From an uncultured Oscillospiraceae bacterium (GTDB lineage: Bacteria > Bacillota > Clostridia > Oscillospirales > Acutalibacteraceae), in NCBI GenBank assembly GCA_948471095.1, contig CAOKRG010000006.1, positions 1,795 through 65,794 on the forward strand: a stretch of 64,000 nt of DNA, given 5' to 3'. The position numbers and the translations under genes were made by a program. This document shows, one piece after another, positions 1 to 11,255 of this stretch. The stretch's first letter is position 1; each line of letters begins with the position of its first letter. Under the pieces are notes generated by a model. That model made no database searches, was not told the DNA's origin, and saw only the letters and a list, made by a program, of their open reading frames with translations.

Positions 1-181
1 CCACGCCTCTCTGGAACAGCTCCAAGGTAAAAGAGCCTGTGCCGCAGGCTAAGTCCAGGGTTAGGCCCGGCGCATGGCCCAGCCGTTCCAGAAGCTCCAA
101 AAAATATTCCGCCCGGCGGGAATATGCGGCATTGGCAGTTAGGCGGTCGTAATACTGGGCGAATACAGAATAGCCGGGCAT
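1..181 (-). CDS. Class I SAM-dependent methyltransferase (YqeM-like), N-terminal part; runs off window start
   Basis: Manual translation from ATG at 181: MPGYSVFAQYYDRLTANAAYSRRAEYFLELLERLGHAPGLTLDLACGTGSFTLELFQRGV; contains SAM motif I (LDLACGTG). Not in ORF track. Confidence 0.85.
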   Translation of the reverse strand, partial: MPGYSVFAQYYDRLTANAAYSRRAEYFLELLERLGHAPGLTLDLACGTGSFTLELFQRGV

Positions 182-182
182 G

Positions 183-485
183 TCAACCGTCCTCTGACTT
201 TTTGCCCAGGCGTTCAAAGACCAGGTTGTATCCATCGCTGCCATAGTTCAGCGCCCGGGCCACCCGGCTGATGGTAGCGGTAGAGGCTCCGGTTTTGGCC
301 ACAATGTCTGTGTAGATCAGCTTTTCCGTCAGCATTTCCGCCACGGCCAAACGCTGGGCCATTGCTTTCAGCTCCGGCACGGTGCAAAGATCTTCAAAAA
401 AGCGGTAGCACTCGCTGCTGTCTTTTAAAGACAGGATCGCTTGGAAAAGGGAATCCATGTTCTCATCTTGTAATTTTTCGTTCAT
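183..485 (-). CDS. yerC: TrpR-like repressor, YerC/YecD family
   Basis: ECYRFFEDLCTVPELKAMAQRL...TGASTATISRV..L.YG.DGY signature. Confidence 0.9.
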   Translation of the reverse strand: MNEKLQDENMDSLFQAILSLKDSSECYRFFEDLCTVPELKAMAQRLAVAEMLTEKLIYTDIVAKTGASTATISRVARALNYGSDGYNLVFERLGKKSEDG

Positions 486-613
486 CTTGCTTTCCTCTTC
501 TAAAGTCGCCGCTCAAGAGCGGAATGAATGTTTCCGGCGTGTATTGGAGCTTGTCAAGCATAGCTCTTTCACTCAGTCTGCTAAAAAGGTAAATCGCAAG
601 GGGGAGTAAAAAT

Positions 614-642
614 AGTATACCACATCGACTGGAAAAAGTAAA
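614..642 (-). promoter_or_regulatory. sigmaA-type promoter for yerC operon
   Basis: Minus strand TTTACT-N17-TATACT with TG extension. Confidence 0.6.
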
Positions 643-793
643 CCGGTTAGAAGCTGCACTGATAGAAATTGCATAACGGTTTTCCAGACTATTCGGGACC
701 TGGCAAGGCGCGAAAGGAGAGGCAGGCTTTCGCACCACAGCCAGCGATCAAAACAGCCGGAAAAGATATACGGTATTTTATTGGTACGGCTCC

Positions 794-2098
794 CTACACA
801 TCGTTGCGTACCAAATCCTCATAGGTCTCCCCCTTGATCACCACGCGGCTCTTTCCCTCCCGTACCATAACGCAGGGCGGACGCAGGTTCCGGTTGTAGT
901 TGGAGGACATGGAGTAGTTGTAGGCCCCGGTGGAAAGCACCGCCAAAACGTCCCCTTCTTCCGGACGCTGTATGGGCGTATGCTCCTGGATCAGGTCGCC
1001 GCTCTCACAGCACTTTCCAGCAATGGTGGCGGTGTAGTCTGCCGGCTGGCCGGCCTTATTGGCTATGAGGCAGGTATAGTCCGCCTGGTATAAGGCATAG
1101 CGGGGATTCTCAAACATGCCGCCGTCAATGGAGACATAGTTTCTCACACTGGGAATCTCCTTTATGGCCCCTACCGTGTACAGGGTAACGCCCGCCTCGC
1201 CCGCAATGGAACGACCGGGCTCTATGTAGATCCAGGGGAGCTTTAGGCCCAGCTCCGCGCATTTTTCATGGATTTTAGCGGAAACAGCCTCCATGTACGC
1301 GTTATAGGGGATAAAATCATCGGTTTCCTTATAATGGATGCCAAAGCCGCCGCCCAAGTTCAGGTGCTCCAGTTCCACCCCCAGCGCGCACTTAATCTGG
1401 TGGTGCAGGCCCAGCATGACCTCCGCCGCATGGACAAAGGGTTCCTTCTCCATGATTTGGGACCCGATGTGGCAGTGCAGCCCAACAAGCCGCAGAGTCT
1501 CCGCCCGGACCGCCTGCTCCGCCGCCCGAAAGGCCTCTCCGCTGGCAAGGTCCAGGCCGAATTTGGAGTCCACCTGCCCTGTGCGGATAAACTCATGGGT
1601 GTGTGCGTCAATGCCCGGCTTGACCCGCAGGGAAATGGGTTGGACAACGCCCTTTTCCCCGGCAATCCGCTCCAAATGGCGCAGCTCCTGCAGGTTGTCC
1701 ACCACAATATTTCCCACGCCGCTGTCCACGGCAAAGGCCAGCTCGGCAAGGCTTTTGTTGTTTCCTTGGAAATGAATGCGCTTCCCTGGAACACCGGCGT
1801 TCAGCGCTGTGTACAGTTCGCCGCCGGAAACCACTTCCACGTCCAGGCCCTCGCTGGCCACAATACGGCACATCTCCTTGCAGCTAAACGTCTTGCTGGC
1901 ATAGATGGGCCGGCCGTTGCCTCCGTAAAAGGTCTGAAAGGACTCCGTATAGCTCCGGCATACCCGGCGGATCTCGTCCTCGCTCATAACATAAAGCGGC
2001 GTGCCATATTCCCGTGCCAGCTCCACCGCGTCGCAGCCGCTGATGGCGAGATGGCCCTTCTCATTGATGCTCAAACATGGGGTATACAGGTTGACCAT
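794..2098 (-). CDS. lysA: Diaminopimelate decarboxylase
   Basis: YGTPLYV, YASK, HCHIGSQ, EPGRS, CESGD, GAY motifs. Confidence 0.95.
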   Translation of the reverse strand: MVNLYTPCLSINEKGHLAISGCDAVELAREYGTPLYVMSEDEIRRVCRSYTESFQTFYGGNGRPIYASKTFSCKEMCRIVASEGLDVEVVSGGELYTALNAGVPGKRIHFQGNNKSLAELAFAVDSGVGNIVVDNLQELRHLERIAGEKGVVQPISLRVKPGIDAHTHEFIRTGQVDSKFGLDLASGEAFRAAEQAVRAETLRLVGLHCHIGSQIMEKEPFVHAAEVMLGLHHQIKCALGVELEHLNLGGGFGIHYKETDDFIPYNAYMEAVSAKIHEKCAELGLKLPWIYIEPGRSIAGEAGVTLYTVGAIKEIPSVRNYVSIDGGMFENPRYALYQADYTCLIANKAGQPADYTATIAGKCCESGDLIQEHTPIQRPEEGDVLAVLSTGAYNYSMSSNYNRNLRPPCVMVREGKSRVVIKGETYEDLVRNDV

Positions 2099-2279
2099 TC
2101 CCTTCCTATAGTTTCTAAAATTGATTGGCTCTTATTTCTCCGCAGCAAAGCAATAGAAAAGCACGGAATATTTCGGCCTAGCAGAGCCTGCGGCCCGCGT
2201 AATGGCTTCCAATGGTTGGATATTGTGATAATACCAGGGCTTGTTTGAAAAAAGAGGAAAAGACGGTGTTGCCAATTTT

Positions 2280-2882
2280 TCAAACGAGTCCTGCGGAGAG
2301 GCTTTCTTCCACCGCCCCGGCGATGGCCGTTTTTACCTCCTCGATTCCCATGCCCTTTGTGGCGGAAAAGGGGTAAAAGGAGACGCCCCGCGCTTCAAAA
2401 AGTTCGGAAAAAAGCTGATTTTGGGCCCGCGTCTCCGCCTGGTTCAGCTTGTCGCTTTTGGTGCAGACCACCGCGAAGGGGTACCCGGCAGACCGCAGAA
2501 AATCCACCATCTGCATGTCATCCGCTGTCGGTTTGTGGCGCATATCCACCAGCTGGAGCACCAAAGCAATGGGCCGGCCCTGAGCAAAATAGCCGTTTAC
2601 CAAAGCCGCCCAACGGTCCTTCTCCCCCTTGGAAACCTTGGCATAGCCATAGCCGGGCAGATCCACAAAGCGGCATTCCGGGAGCCGGTAGAAATTGATC
2701 GTGGCCGTCTTCCCCGGCGTGGCGCTGGTGCGGGCCAGGGCTTTCCGGTTGACCAGCTTGTTGAGCAGGGAGGACTTCCCCACATTGGACCGGCCGGAAA
2801 ATACCACCTCGGGCACACTGGGCCCGGGCAGCTGGGCCGCGGTACCGGCGGCTAATTCAAATTCCGCGTTGATAAAATTCAC
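2280..2882 (-). CDS. engB: Ribosome biogenesis GTPase EngB/YsxC
   Basis: GRSNVGKSS, DLPGYG, TKSDK; follows lon. Confidence 0.95.
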   Translation of the reverse strand: MNFINAEFELAAGTAAQLPGPSVPEVVFSGRSNVGKSSLLNKLVNRKALARTSATPGKTATINFYRLPECRFVDLPGYGYAKVSKGEKDRWAALVNGYFAQGRPIALVLQLVDMRHKPTADDMQMVDFLRSAGYPFAVVCTKSDKLNQAETRAQNQLFSELFEARGVSFYPFSATKGMGIEEVKTAIAGAVEESLSAGLV

Positions 2883-5332
2883 TGGACGCTCCTATTCTGG
2901 CTCGTTCCCTCGCAGGCATAACCGGTGGCGGGCGTCTGGCCAAGCTCCGCCTGGAGCATCGGAGCCTCCTGCGGCAGGGGGCGGGGCATGTACTTTAGGG
3001 CGTGCTCCAGCACGGCGTCCACCCGTTTTACGGGGACGAACTGCACATGGTCCTTGACCACCGCGTCCACATCCGCCAGGTCCGGCACATTGTCGGCAGG
3101 GATAAGCACCTTTTTCACGCCGTTTTTGTAAGCGGCCATGGCCTTCTCTTTCAGCCCGCCAATGGGCAGCACCCGGCCTTGCAGGGTGATCTCGCCTGTC
3201 ATGGCCACATCGTGCCGCACCGGGATGCCGCACAGAGCGGAAGTAATGGCCGTAGCCATGGCGGTCCCGGCAGAGGGGCCGTCCTTGGGCACCGCTCCTT
3301 CCGGCGCGTGCAGATGGATGTCGCACTTTTCATAGAATTTTGGGGAAATCCCCAAGGCGTTGACCCGGGTGCGGATGCAGGTGATGGCCGCGTTGGCGGA
3401 CTCCTTCATCACATCGCCCAGAGAGCCGGTAAGCTGAATCTTCCCGGTTCCCTCCATAACGGCCACCTCGATGGGCAGCAGCTCGCCGCCCACACTGGTC
3501 CAAGCCAGACCGTTGACCAACCCGATCAAATCCTCTTTGGAGGCGCCGTCCCGGTTATATTTCCGGGGACCCAGCAGCTCTTCCAAATCCTCCGGCCGGA
3601 TGGTGCGGCTCTCAAAGTCCTCGTCAGAAACGATTTGCTTCGCCACTTTCCGGCAGACGGACGCAATATGCCGCTCCAAAGTGCGGACCCCCGCTTCCCG
3701 GGTATAGCCCTCAATCAACAGACGAAGGGCGGGCTTTGTAAATTTCAGCTGGGAAGATTTGATCCCGTGTTTTTCCAGCTGCTTTTTTACCAGGTGCTTG
3801 ACCGCGATGTTCAGCTTTTCCTCCAGCGTATAGCTGCCAAGCTCGATGATGTCCATGCGGTCGTAAAGCGGGCCTGGAATCCGGGAGGCGTCGTTGGCGG
3901 TGGTGATAAAGAGCACCTGGCTCAGGTCAAAGGGCATGTCTATGTAGTGGTCGGTGAACTCTCCGTTCTGCTCCGGATCCAGCACCTCCAGCAGCGCGGA
4001 AGCGGGGTCGCCCTTAAAGTTCATTCCCAGCTTATCGATCTCGTCCAAAAGCAGCAGCGGATTGTTCACCCCGGCCTGCTTCACCGCGTTGATGATGCGC
4101 CCCGGCATGGAGCCCACATAGGTCTTGCGGTGGCCCATGATCTCCGCCTCATCACTGACGCCGCCCAGCGAAACCCGCACGTATTTGCGCCCAGTAGCCC
4201 GGGCGATGGAACGGGCGATGGAGGTCTTGCCCACACCGGGAGGGCCCACCAAGCAGATAATCTGCCCGCTTTGGGTTGGAGACAAATTTTTGACCGCCAG
4301 GGTCTCGATAAAGCGCTCCTTGACCTTGTTCATGCCGTAATGGTCCTTGTCCAGGATCTTTTGCGCCCGTTTCAGATCCAGCTTTTCCTTGGAGGATTTT
4401 TCCCAGGGAAGTTCCAGACAGGTTTCCACATAAAGCCGGATTACGCTGGCCTCGTGAGAGCCGAAGGGCATCCGGTAGAGCTTTTCGCATTCTTTCAGAA
4501 GCTTTTCCTGGCAGATCTTGGGCAGGTCCATGGCCAGCACCCTTACCTTCAGCTCGTCCGCGTCTTGTTGGGGGCTGTCGTCTTCGCCCAGCTCGCTGGT
4601 AATGGCCCGCAGCTGTTCTTTTAAGAAATACTCCCGCTGGTTCTCATCAATCTGAGCCTGGGCCTTCTGGTTAATCTCGTTTTCCACCTGAAGGATTTGA
4701 ATCTCCTCGGTCAGTACGGCAATCAGCTTCTGAATCCTCTTCAAGGGCCGCAGTTCGTCCAAAATAAACTGCTTGCGCTCAAAATCGATGGAAATATTGG
4801 AGGCTATGTAGTCAGCCAGCCGGCCGCAGTCCTTCTCTTGCAGTACGCCAAGAAGCACATCCGGCGGAACATGCCGGAACAGCCGCAGGTACTCGTCAAA
4901 CTTCTCGTGGACAATGCGGATCAGCGCCTCGGACCGGTAAGACTTCTTATAGGTCATCACAGGGCATTTCACGATATTGCCCAGCAGATAAGGCTCCTCC
5001 TGGGCAAGCGACATGATCTCGCCGCGGCAGAGGCCTTCCACGTGGAGCTTCGCCCCTTCTTCCGAATGGTGGAGCACCTGCTTGATGCGGGCGATGACGC
5101 CCACCTTATAGAGATCGTCGCCTACGGGCTCTTCGTCCGACATATGGGTTTGAGACACCAGGAAAATCAGCCGGTCGCGGGAAATGGACTCTGTGGCCGC
5201 CAGCACAGACTTTTTCCTGGTGATATCGAACTGCAGCATCATGCCTGGGAAAAACACCAGGCCGCGGACCGCCAGCACCGGCAGGGTCAGATTCTTATCG
5301 GTTTTTATGGTCTTATCAGTAAAATTTTCCAT
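2879..5332 (-). CDS. lon: ATP-dependent Lon protease
   Basis: GPPGVGKTS Walker A, PKDGPSAG catalytic Ser, N-terminal Lon domain. Confidence 0.97.
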   Translation of the reverse strand: MENFTDKTIKTDKNLTLPVLAVRGLVFFPGMMLQFDITRKKSVLAATESISRDRLIFLVSQTHMSDEEPVGDDLYKVGVIARIKQVLHHSEEGAKLHVEGLCRGEIMSLAQEEPYLLGNIVKCPVMTYKKSYRSEALIRIVHEKFDEYLRLFRHVPPDVLLGVLQEKDCGRLADYIASNISIDFERKQFILDELRPLKRIQKLIAVLTEEIQILQVENEINQKAQAQIDENQREYFLKEQLRAITSELGEDDSPQQDADELKVRVLAMDLPKICQEKLLKECEKLYRMPFGSHEASVIRLYVETCLELPWEKSSKEKLDLKRAQKILDKDHYGMNKVKERFIETLAVKNLSPTQSGQIICLVGPPGVGKTSIARSIARATGRKYVRVSLGGVSDEAEIMGHRKTYVGSMPGRIINAVKQAGVNNPLLLLDEIDKLGMNFKGDPASALLEVLDPEQNGEFTDHYIDMPFDLSQVLFITTANDASRIPGPLYDRMDIIELGSYTLEEKLNIAVKHLVKKQLEKHGIKSSQLKFTKPALRLLIEGYTREAGVRTLERHIASVCRKVAKQIVSDEDFESRTIRPEDLEELLGPRKYNRDGASKEDLIGLVNGLAWTSVGGELLPIEVAVMEGTGKIQLTGSLGDVMKESANAAITCIRTRVNALGISPKFYEKCDIHLHAPEGAVPKDGPSAGTAMATAITSALCGIPVRHDVAMTGEITLQGRVLPIGGLKEKAMAAYKNGVKKVLIPADNVPDLADVDAVVKDHVQFVPVKRVDAVLEHALKYMPRPLPQEAPMLQAELGQTPATGYACEGTSQNRSVQ

Positions 5333-5401
5333 GATGTTCTCCTAAAACCAGCGAAAGACTGCAGCCGGGTTCGCGGCGGCAGCCTTCGGACTGTTTGATT
5401 A

Positions 5402-6703
5402 TTATGAAGCGGAAGAATCTCGGTTTTCCCTGCGCTTGGGAGCGGAAATTCTTATCTTCATCGGCTTGCGCTCTTTATTGTGGTAAACCTGGGGTTTGGC
5501 GCGGGATTCTACCATCTCCCGGGTCACGACCACCTTTTCCACGGTGTATTCGCTGGGCACCTGGTACATGACCGGCATCAGCAAGTCCTCCAAAATAGAC
5601 CGCAGGCCCCGGGCGCCGGTTTTGCGCTCCAAGGTCTTCCGGGCAATGGAGGTCAGGGCCTCGTCGGTAAATTCCAGGTCCACCCGGTCCAGCTCAAATA
5701 ATTTTTGATATTGCTGGATCAAGGAATTCTTCGGTTCCTTGAGAATACGCACCAAAGCCTCCTCGTCCAGGGCGGAAAGGGAAGTAATGACGGGCACGCG
5801 GCCCACCAGCTCGGGAATCAGGCCGTATTTCACCAAATCATGGGGGGTTACGTCCCGCATCCAGTCCTTTTCGTCCAGCTCCTTTTTGCCGTAGACTTCG
5901 CCGCCGAAGCCCAGGGCGCTGGAAGCCGTTCTCTTCTGGACCACCTTTTCCAGGCCATCGAAAGCCCCCCCGCAAATAAAGAGAATATTGGAGGTGTCGA
6001 TGTTGATTGCTTCCTGCTGGGGATGCTTGCGCCCGCCTTTGGGCGGCACGCTGGCAGTGGTCCCCTCCAGAATTTTCAGCAGCGCCTGCTGTACGCCTTC
6101 GCCGCTCACGTCCCGGGTAATGGACTGGTTTTCCGATTTGCGGGAAATCTTATCAATCTCGTCAATGTAAATGATGCCCCGCTCGGCCCGGTAGATATCA
6201 TAGTCCGCGGCCTGAATCAGCCGCAGGAGGATATTCTCCACATCATCGCCCACATAGCCGGCCTCCGTCAGGGTGGTGGCGTCGGCAATGGCAAAGGGAA
6301 CGTCCAACAGCTTTGCCAGGGTTTGCGCCAGATAGGTCTTACCCACGCCGGTGGGACCCAAAAGCAGCACGTTGCTTTTGGAGAGCTCCACTCCCCCCTC
6401 GCCGGAGAAAAAAATTCTCTTGTAATGGTTGTAAACCGCTACGGAAAGGGCCATTTTCGCGCTATCCTGGCCTACCACATATTCATCCAGCTTACGCTTG
6501 ATCTCCACCGGCTTGGGCAGCAGCATGCTGGCGTCATGGTCTCCGCTTTTTCCCCGCTTTAGCCGCTCCTCATCATTGATAATGGACATGCACAGCCTGA
6601 CGCAGGAATCGCAGATATACGCGCCCGACCCGGCGATCAGCTTTCCAGCCATAATCTGGGGCTTGCCGCAAAAGGAACAGGCGATTTCGGTTTCGTGATT
6701 CAT
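5402..6703 (-). CDS. clpX: Clp protease ATPase subunit ClpX
   Basis: N-terminal CSFC...ICDSC zinc finger, [22 protein letters not shown]. Confidence 0.97.
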   Translation of the reverse strand: MNHETEIACSFCGKPQIMAGKLIAGSGAYICDSCVRLCMSIINDEERLKRGKSGDHDASMLLPKPVEIKRKLDEYVVGQDSAKMALSVAVYNHYKRIFFSGEGGVELSKSNVLLLGPTGVGKTYLAQTLAKLLDVPFAIADATTLTEAGYVGDDVENILLRLIQAADYDIYRAERGIIYIDEIDKISRKSENQSITRDVSGEGVQQALLKILEGTTASVPPKGGRKHPQQEAINIDTSNILFICGGAFDGLEKVVQKRTASSALGFGGEVYGKKELDEKDWMRDVTPHDLVKYGLIPELVGRVPVITSLSALDEEALVRILKEPKNSLIQQYQKLFELDRVDLEFTDEALTSIARKTLERKTGARGLRSILEDLLMPVMYQVPSEYTVEKVVVTREMVESRAKPQVYHNKERKPMKIRISAPKRRENRDSSAS

Positions 6704-6720
6704 GGGTTCCTCACCTCAAG

Positions 6721-7302
6721 TTATCTCTTGTCGATCACCTTGTCGATCAGCCCATAGTCCAGAGCCTCCTGGGCCGTCAGGAAATTATCCCGCTCCGTGT
6801 CCCGTTCTACCACCTCAAGGGGCTGGCCGGTGCGTTCGGCAAGAATCTGGTTCAGCTTTTTCTTGGTTCGCAGGATGCGGTTGGCATGGATGCTGATGTC
6901 CGTGGCCTGGCCCTGGGCCCCGCCGCTGGGCTGGTGGATCATAATCTCGCTGTTCGGCAGGGCAAAACGCTTGCCAGGAGCGCCCGCCGCCAGCAAAAAC
7001 GCGCCCATGCTGGCCGCCATGCCAATGCAAATGGTGGACACGTCGCACTTGATATACTGCATGGTGTCATAAATAGCCATGCCATCTGTGATAACTCCGC
7101 CGGGGCTGTTGATGTACAGGGCGATGTCCTTTTCCGGGTCCTGGCCCTCCAGATATAGCAGCTGGGCCACGATGACTCCTGCGGAGGCGTTGTTGACTTC
7201 CTCGTTGAGCATGATGATGCGGTCGTTCAAAAGCCGGGAAAAAATGTCGTAAGAACGCTCTCCCCGGTTGGTCTGCTCCACTACATAAGGGATTAAGCTC
7301 AT
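6721..7302 (-). CDS. clpP: Clp protease proteolytic subunit
   Basis: [46 protein letters not shown]; start moved to ATG after AAAGGAG RBS. Confidence 0.97.
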   Translation of the reverse strand: MSLIPYVVEQTNRGERSYDIFSRLLNDRIIMLNEEVNNASAGVIVAQLLYLEGQDPEKDIALYINSPGGVITDGMAIYDTMQYIKCDVSTICIGMAASMGAFLLAAGAPGKRFALPNSEIMIHQPSGGAQGQATDISIHANRILRTKKKLNQILAERTGQPLEVVERDTERDNFLTAQEALDYGLIDKVIDKR

Positions 7303-7393
7303 TGGTACCGCTCCTTTCCAAAACCCATAGATTAGTTTGGGGCCAAACACTAAGTTTTATTCTTCGCCGGGCCGGTTTAGCCCAATTATTTCC

Positions 7394-8704
7394 TTATTCC
7401 TGAGCCTCAGCGTCCGGCTGCTTTTCGATGACAACGGCGTTGGCCTTGACAAAGTCCATGGCCTTTTGGTTGGCGATGTCCTTCCTCACGTCCTTTTCCC
7501 GCACCAGCGCTTTCACGTTCTCCACAGGGATGCTGTAAGCGTCGGCGATCTTCTTGAACTCCTCTTCCACTTCCCCGTCCGTAATCTCCAGCTGCTCCTG
7601 CTCCGCGATCTTGGAAAGGCCCAGCCGCACCCGAACCTGCTTGTCCGCCCGGTCCTTATACTGCTCCCGCAGGCTGTCCACCGTGCCCTGGGTGTACTTG
7701 AGGAAGGTCTCCAGGTTCATGCCCTGGTCTCGCAGCTGCATCTCAAAGGCGTTGATCATCTCGTCCACTTCCCGCTCCACCATCATGTCGGGAACCTCCG
7801 CCTCCACCTTCTCGATAACCGCCTCAATAAGCTGCCGCTCTACCTCGGACTCGGCGGCCTTCTCCTTGCGGCTGCGCACCGTATTCTCCAGGTCCTTCTT
7901 ATACTCGTCCAGCGTGTCGAACTCGCTGACGTCTTTTACAAATTCATCGTCCACCTCAGGCAGCTCCCGGTGCTTAATCTCGTGGAGCTTCACCTTGAAT
8001 ACGGCGGGCTTGCCCTTGAGCTCTTCCGCGTGATAGTCCTCCGGGAAGGTGACGTTTACGTCAAACTCCTCGTCCGGGCTGTGGCCGGCCACCTGGTCCT
8101 CGAAGCCGGGAATGAACTGGCCGGAGCCCAAGGTTAAATCAAAGTTTTCCGCCTTGCCGCCGTCAAACTGTTTGCCGTCCATATAGCCGTCAAAGTCGAT
8201 GACCACCATGTCCCCGTCCTGGGCGGGCCGGTCCTCTACCGTGACCACTCGGGAGTTGCGCTGGCGTACCCGGTCAATCTCCCCATCAATCTCTTCCGCC
8301 GTGGGTTCAACGGGAGGCTTGCCCACCTCAATGCCCTTGTAGCCGTCGATCTTCACCTCCGGCTGGATCGTGACGGTCAACTCGGCCAGAATGCCCTTTT
8401 CCTTGCCGATCTCCTTGATGTCAAAGGTATTCACGCCCACCACTTCCAGGCCGGAAGACTCAATGGCTGTGTTCATCATGGGGTTATAAAGATGGTCCAC
8501 AGCGGCCTGAAAAAACACGTCTTCTCCATACATTTTCTCAATAAAAGCCCGGGGGGCCTTGCCCTTGCGGAAGCCGGGGATGTTCATGCGCTTGCTCTCC
8601 TTTTTGAACACCTCGCCGACAGCCTTGTCCAGCTCTTCCGCGGTGACCTCCAGTTCCAGGGTATACTTGTTTGTTTCAACATTGTTAGAAGATTTTAAAT
8701 TCAT
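7394..8704 (-). CDS. tig: Trigger factor
   Basis: IPGFRKGKAP ribosome-binding motif, FKBP-type domain; tig-clpP-clpX order. Confidence 0.97.
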   Translation of the reverse strand: MNLKSSNNVETNKYTLELEVTAEELDKAVGEVFKKESKRMNIPGFRKGKAPRAFIEKMYGEDVFFQAAVDHLYNPMMNTAIESSGLEVVGVNTFDIKEIGKEKGILAELTVTIQPEVKIDGYKGIEVGKPPVEPTAEEIDGEIDRVRQRNSRVVTVEDRPAQDGDMVVIDFDGYMDGKQFDGGKAENFDLTLGSGQFIPGFEDQVAGHSPDEEFDVNVTFPEDYHAEELKGKPAVFKVKLHEIKHRELPEVDDEFVKDVSEFDTLDEYKKDLENTVRSRKEKAAESEVERQLIEAVIEKVEAEVPDMMVEREVDEMINAFEMQLRDQGMNLETFLKYTQGTVDSLREQYKDRADKQVRVRLGLSKIAEQEQLEITDGEVEEEFKKIADAYSIPVENVKALVREKDVRKDIANQKAMDFVKANAVVIEKQPDAEAQE

Positions 8705-8909
8705 TTCTTTAATTTCCTCTCCATCCTATATACTGTTTTCTTCAATACGATGACGCACGGCATGCCCCGTGAACCAAAGGCAGGGGCCAAATCCAGCCAA
8801 AAAGACGGAATTATGCCCTTTCCGGCCTATTACAGCATAAATCCGTATGGAATTCTCGCCATATCTTTGCAAAGGAAAAACGAGCGCTTCGCGTGAAGGG
8901 CAAAAACTC

Positions 8910-8958
8910 ATAATGTACGCTTTGCGTACATTATAGCACATGTCCTCGTAAGAATCTA
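8910..8958 (-). promoter_or_regulatory. Putative tig promoter (TAGATT-N17-TATAAT, extended -10) overlapping an 11-bp inverted repeat
   Basis: ATAATGTACGC-ttt-GCGTACATTAT at 8910-8934; minus-strand TGcTATAAT. Confidence 0.55.
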
Positions 8959-8966
8959 TACTTTTT

Positions 8967-9689
8967 TCAGATTTCTTCCAAGGAAATTCCCGGAGTCCCA
9001 TCCTCCACCAGCACAGGCCGGAAACCGGCATAATCACAGGAGATCAAACGCATGCGCACGCCCCGGTATTCCCCCCTCAAGGCCCTCTTGGCCGCAGTCT
9101 GGCCGTGGATGTGGCCGAAATAGCAGTCCGGGACCTGGTTTTCTACCAGAATGTCCAGCAGTTCCCGGCACTCCATCCCATCGTACACCGGCGGATAGTG
9201 GAGAAACACCGCCGGAACGCCCCCCAAGGCCTTGGCCGCGTTCAAAGAGGCCAGCAGCCGCCCTGCCTCCCGGTTGACGATTTTCCGGTCCTCCTCCGTT
9301 TCGGAGTTATAAAGCCATCCCCTTGTGCCGCATACCGCCCGGTTTCCCACCCGGTAAGCGCAGTTGTGCAGCACCTTCATGGTGGTGAACCCATTGGCGG
9401 CTAAATAATTGTCAATCTTATTTCTGGTAGACCACCAATAGTCGTGGTTTCCCTTCATCAGCAGCTTTTCCCCTGGCAGGGCGTTGATGAAGGCAAAATC
9501 CCTGCCGCAGTCTTCCAGCTTCATGGCCCAGGAAATATCCCCGGCAATGACCACCGTGTCTTCCGGAGATACCGTGGCCCGCCAGTTCTCCTCCAGGCGC
9601 CGCACATAGTCCCGCCAGCCGGGAAACACGTCCATGGGCTTGTCCGCGCCCAGGGACAGATGCAAATCTGCAATCACATACAGCGCCAT
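8967..9689 (-). CDS. Calcineurin-like metallophosphoesterase
   Basis: DLH, GDIS, GNHD, HYPP, GHIH motifs. Confidence 0.9.
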   Translation of the reverse strand: MALYVIADLHLSLGADKPMDVFPGWRDYVRRLEENWRATVSPEDTVVIAGDISWAMKLEDCGRDFAFINALPGEKLLMKGNHDYWWSTRNKIDNYLAANGFTTMKVLHNCAYRVGNRAVCGTRGWLYNSETEEDRKIVNREAGRLLASLNAAKALGGVPAVFLHYPPVYDGMECRELLDILVENQVPDCYFGHIHGQTAAKRALRGEYRGVRMRLISCDYAGFRPVLVEDGTPGISLEEI

Positions 9690-9690
9690 A

Positions 9691-11202
9691 TCAGATCCCG
9701 CTCAAGTTCAAGCTGGCCAGCACATAAGCGGAGGCCTGGTCCTTGGCTACCGTGTCTTGAAACCGGACGGGCTTGTCCTTCAGAGCGGTCAGTTGGGCCG
9801 GGGCACGGGTCCCGGACAGCTCTTCCAGCCGGGCGATGTTCTGGAACTCGTCCGTCCCGCCTGCCGGCTCCAAGGCTCCCAGCACATCGGCGGCGAACTT
9901 ATAGGGACTGGCCGTGGAGGCAATCACGGTAGGCGTGTCCCCGTCCCCCGTCTCCTCCACATACTGCCGGTATACGTCCAAGGCCACAGCCGTGTGGGTG
10001 TCGCAAAGACAGCCCTCAACCCGCCAAGTGTCCCGAACAGTCCGGGCGGTGGCCGCATCATCGCAGAAGCCGCCATAGAAAAGGTCCTGCACCTTTTCGC
10101 GTACCTCTCCGCCCACGTCATACCAACCGTTTTGAGCCAATGCCTCCATCCAACCGGCCAGCGCCGCGCTGTCTTGACCGGAAAGGGCGTAAAGCAGCCG
10201 CTCCAAATTGCTGGACACCAAAATATCCATAGAGGGCGAGCTGGTGGCGAAAAACTCCCGGCGGCGGTCATAGATCCCGGTCCGGATGAAATCGGTCAGG
10301 ACCCGGTTGGCATTGGAGGCGCAGATAAACTTCTTAATGGGCAGCCCCATGGACCTGGCATAGTAGGCGGCGAGGATGTTCCCAAAGTTTCCCGTGGGCA
10401 CCGCCACGTTCATAGGCTCTCCCAAGGAAAGCCCATCCTGGCCGCAGAGCTGGAAATAGGCATAGAAATAGTAGACAATCTGGGGCAGGAGACGCCCCCA
10501 GTTGATGGAGTTGGCGCTGGAAAACATCATGCCGCCCTTGTCCAAAGCGGCGTTCATAGCCGGATCCGTAAAAATGCGTTTAACCGCTGCCTGGGCGTCG
10601 TCAAAATTACCGTCAATGGCGCAGACCGCCACATTTTTCCCTTCCTGCGTGGCCATTTGGCGTTTCTGCATGGGGCTGACGCCATCCTGGGGATAGAAGA
10701 CGATCACTCGGGTTCCCGGCACATCCTTGAACCCCTCCAAGGCCGCCTTGCCCGTATCGCCGGAGGTCGCCGCCAGAATCACGGCCTCCCGGTTTTGCCC
10801 TGTCTTTTCCAGAGAAACTGTGAGAAAATGGGGCAAAACCTGCAAAGCCATATCTTTGAAAGCGCAGGTGGGGCCGTGCCAGAGCTCCAGCAGGCGGCAG
10901 GCCCCGCTGGCCGTAAAGCGGCGAAGCCTTACAGGACTGCCGCCAAATTTCTCCGGTCTATAGGCCTTCTCCACGCAGGACGCAATCTCTTCGGAAGAAA
11001 AATCCGTCAGGAACAGGCGGAAAATTTCTTGGGCCAGCTCTTGATAGCCCAGCCCAGACCAACCGGCCAGCTTATCCCCCACACCCGGCAGGAATTCCGG
11101 CACAAACAGCCCTCCCTCGCGGGAAATGCCCTGGGCGATCACCTGAGAGGCCTCCAGGCGAAGATCCGTGTTTCGTGTGCTCTTGTATCGCATCAGCATC
11201 AT
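9691..11202 (-). CDS. thrC: Threonine synthase
   Basis: GGLFVP, ELWHGPTCAFKD (PLP Lys), ATSGDTG, SANSINWGR, VPTGNFGN. Confidence 0.95.
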   Translation of the reverse strand: MMLMRYKSTRNTDLRLEASQVIAQGISREGGLFVPEFLPGVGDKLAGWSGLGYQELAQEIFRLFLTDFSSEEIASCVEKAYRPEKFGGSPVRLRRFTASGACRLLELWHGPTCAFKDMALQVLPHFLTVSLEKTGQNREAVILAATSGDTGKAALEGFKDVPGTRVIVFYPQDGVSPMQKRQMATQEGKNVAVCAIDGNFDDAQAAVKRIFTDPAMNAALDKGGMMFSSANSINWGRLLPQIVYYFYAYFQLCGQDGLSLGEPMNVAVPTGNFGNILAAYYARSMGLPIKKFICASNANRVLTDFIRTGIYDRRREFFATSSPSMDILVSSNLERLLYALSGQDSAALAGWMEALAQNGWYDVGGEVREKVQDLFYGGFCDDAATARTVRDTWRVEGCLCDTHTAVALDVYRQYVEETGDGDTPTVIASTASPYKFAADVLGALEPAGGTDEFQNIARLEELSGTRAPAQLTALKDKPVRFQDTVAKDQASAYVLASLNLSGI

Positions 11203-11226
11203 CCTATCGCTTTATTTTACCGCTAT

Positions 11227-11255
11227 ACTATACAACAAAATGGGCGGGCTGTCAA
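11227..11255 (-). promoter_or_regulatory. sigmaA promoter for thrC
   Basis: TTGACA-N17-TATAGT. Confidence 0.65.

Noticed and set aside
2099-2279. Possible lysine riboswitch upstream of lysA
   Set aside because: Conserved AGAGGUGC/GAAAGG/GCCGAA/GGAGCGCU architecture is not present in order and the region is short.
3002-4624. 540-aa plus-strand ORF (also 9634-11373 and 25137-26645)
   Set aside because: Antisense shadows of lon, thrC and pknB.
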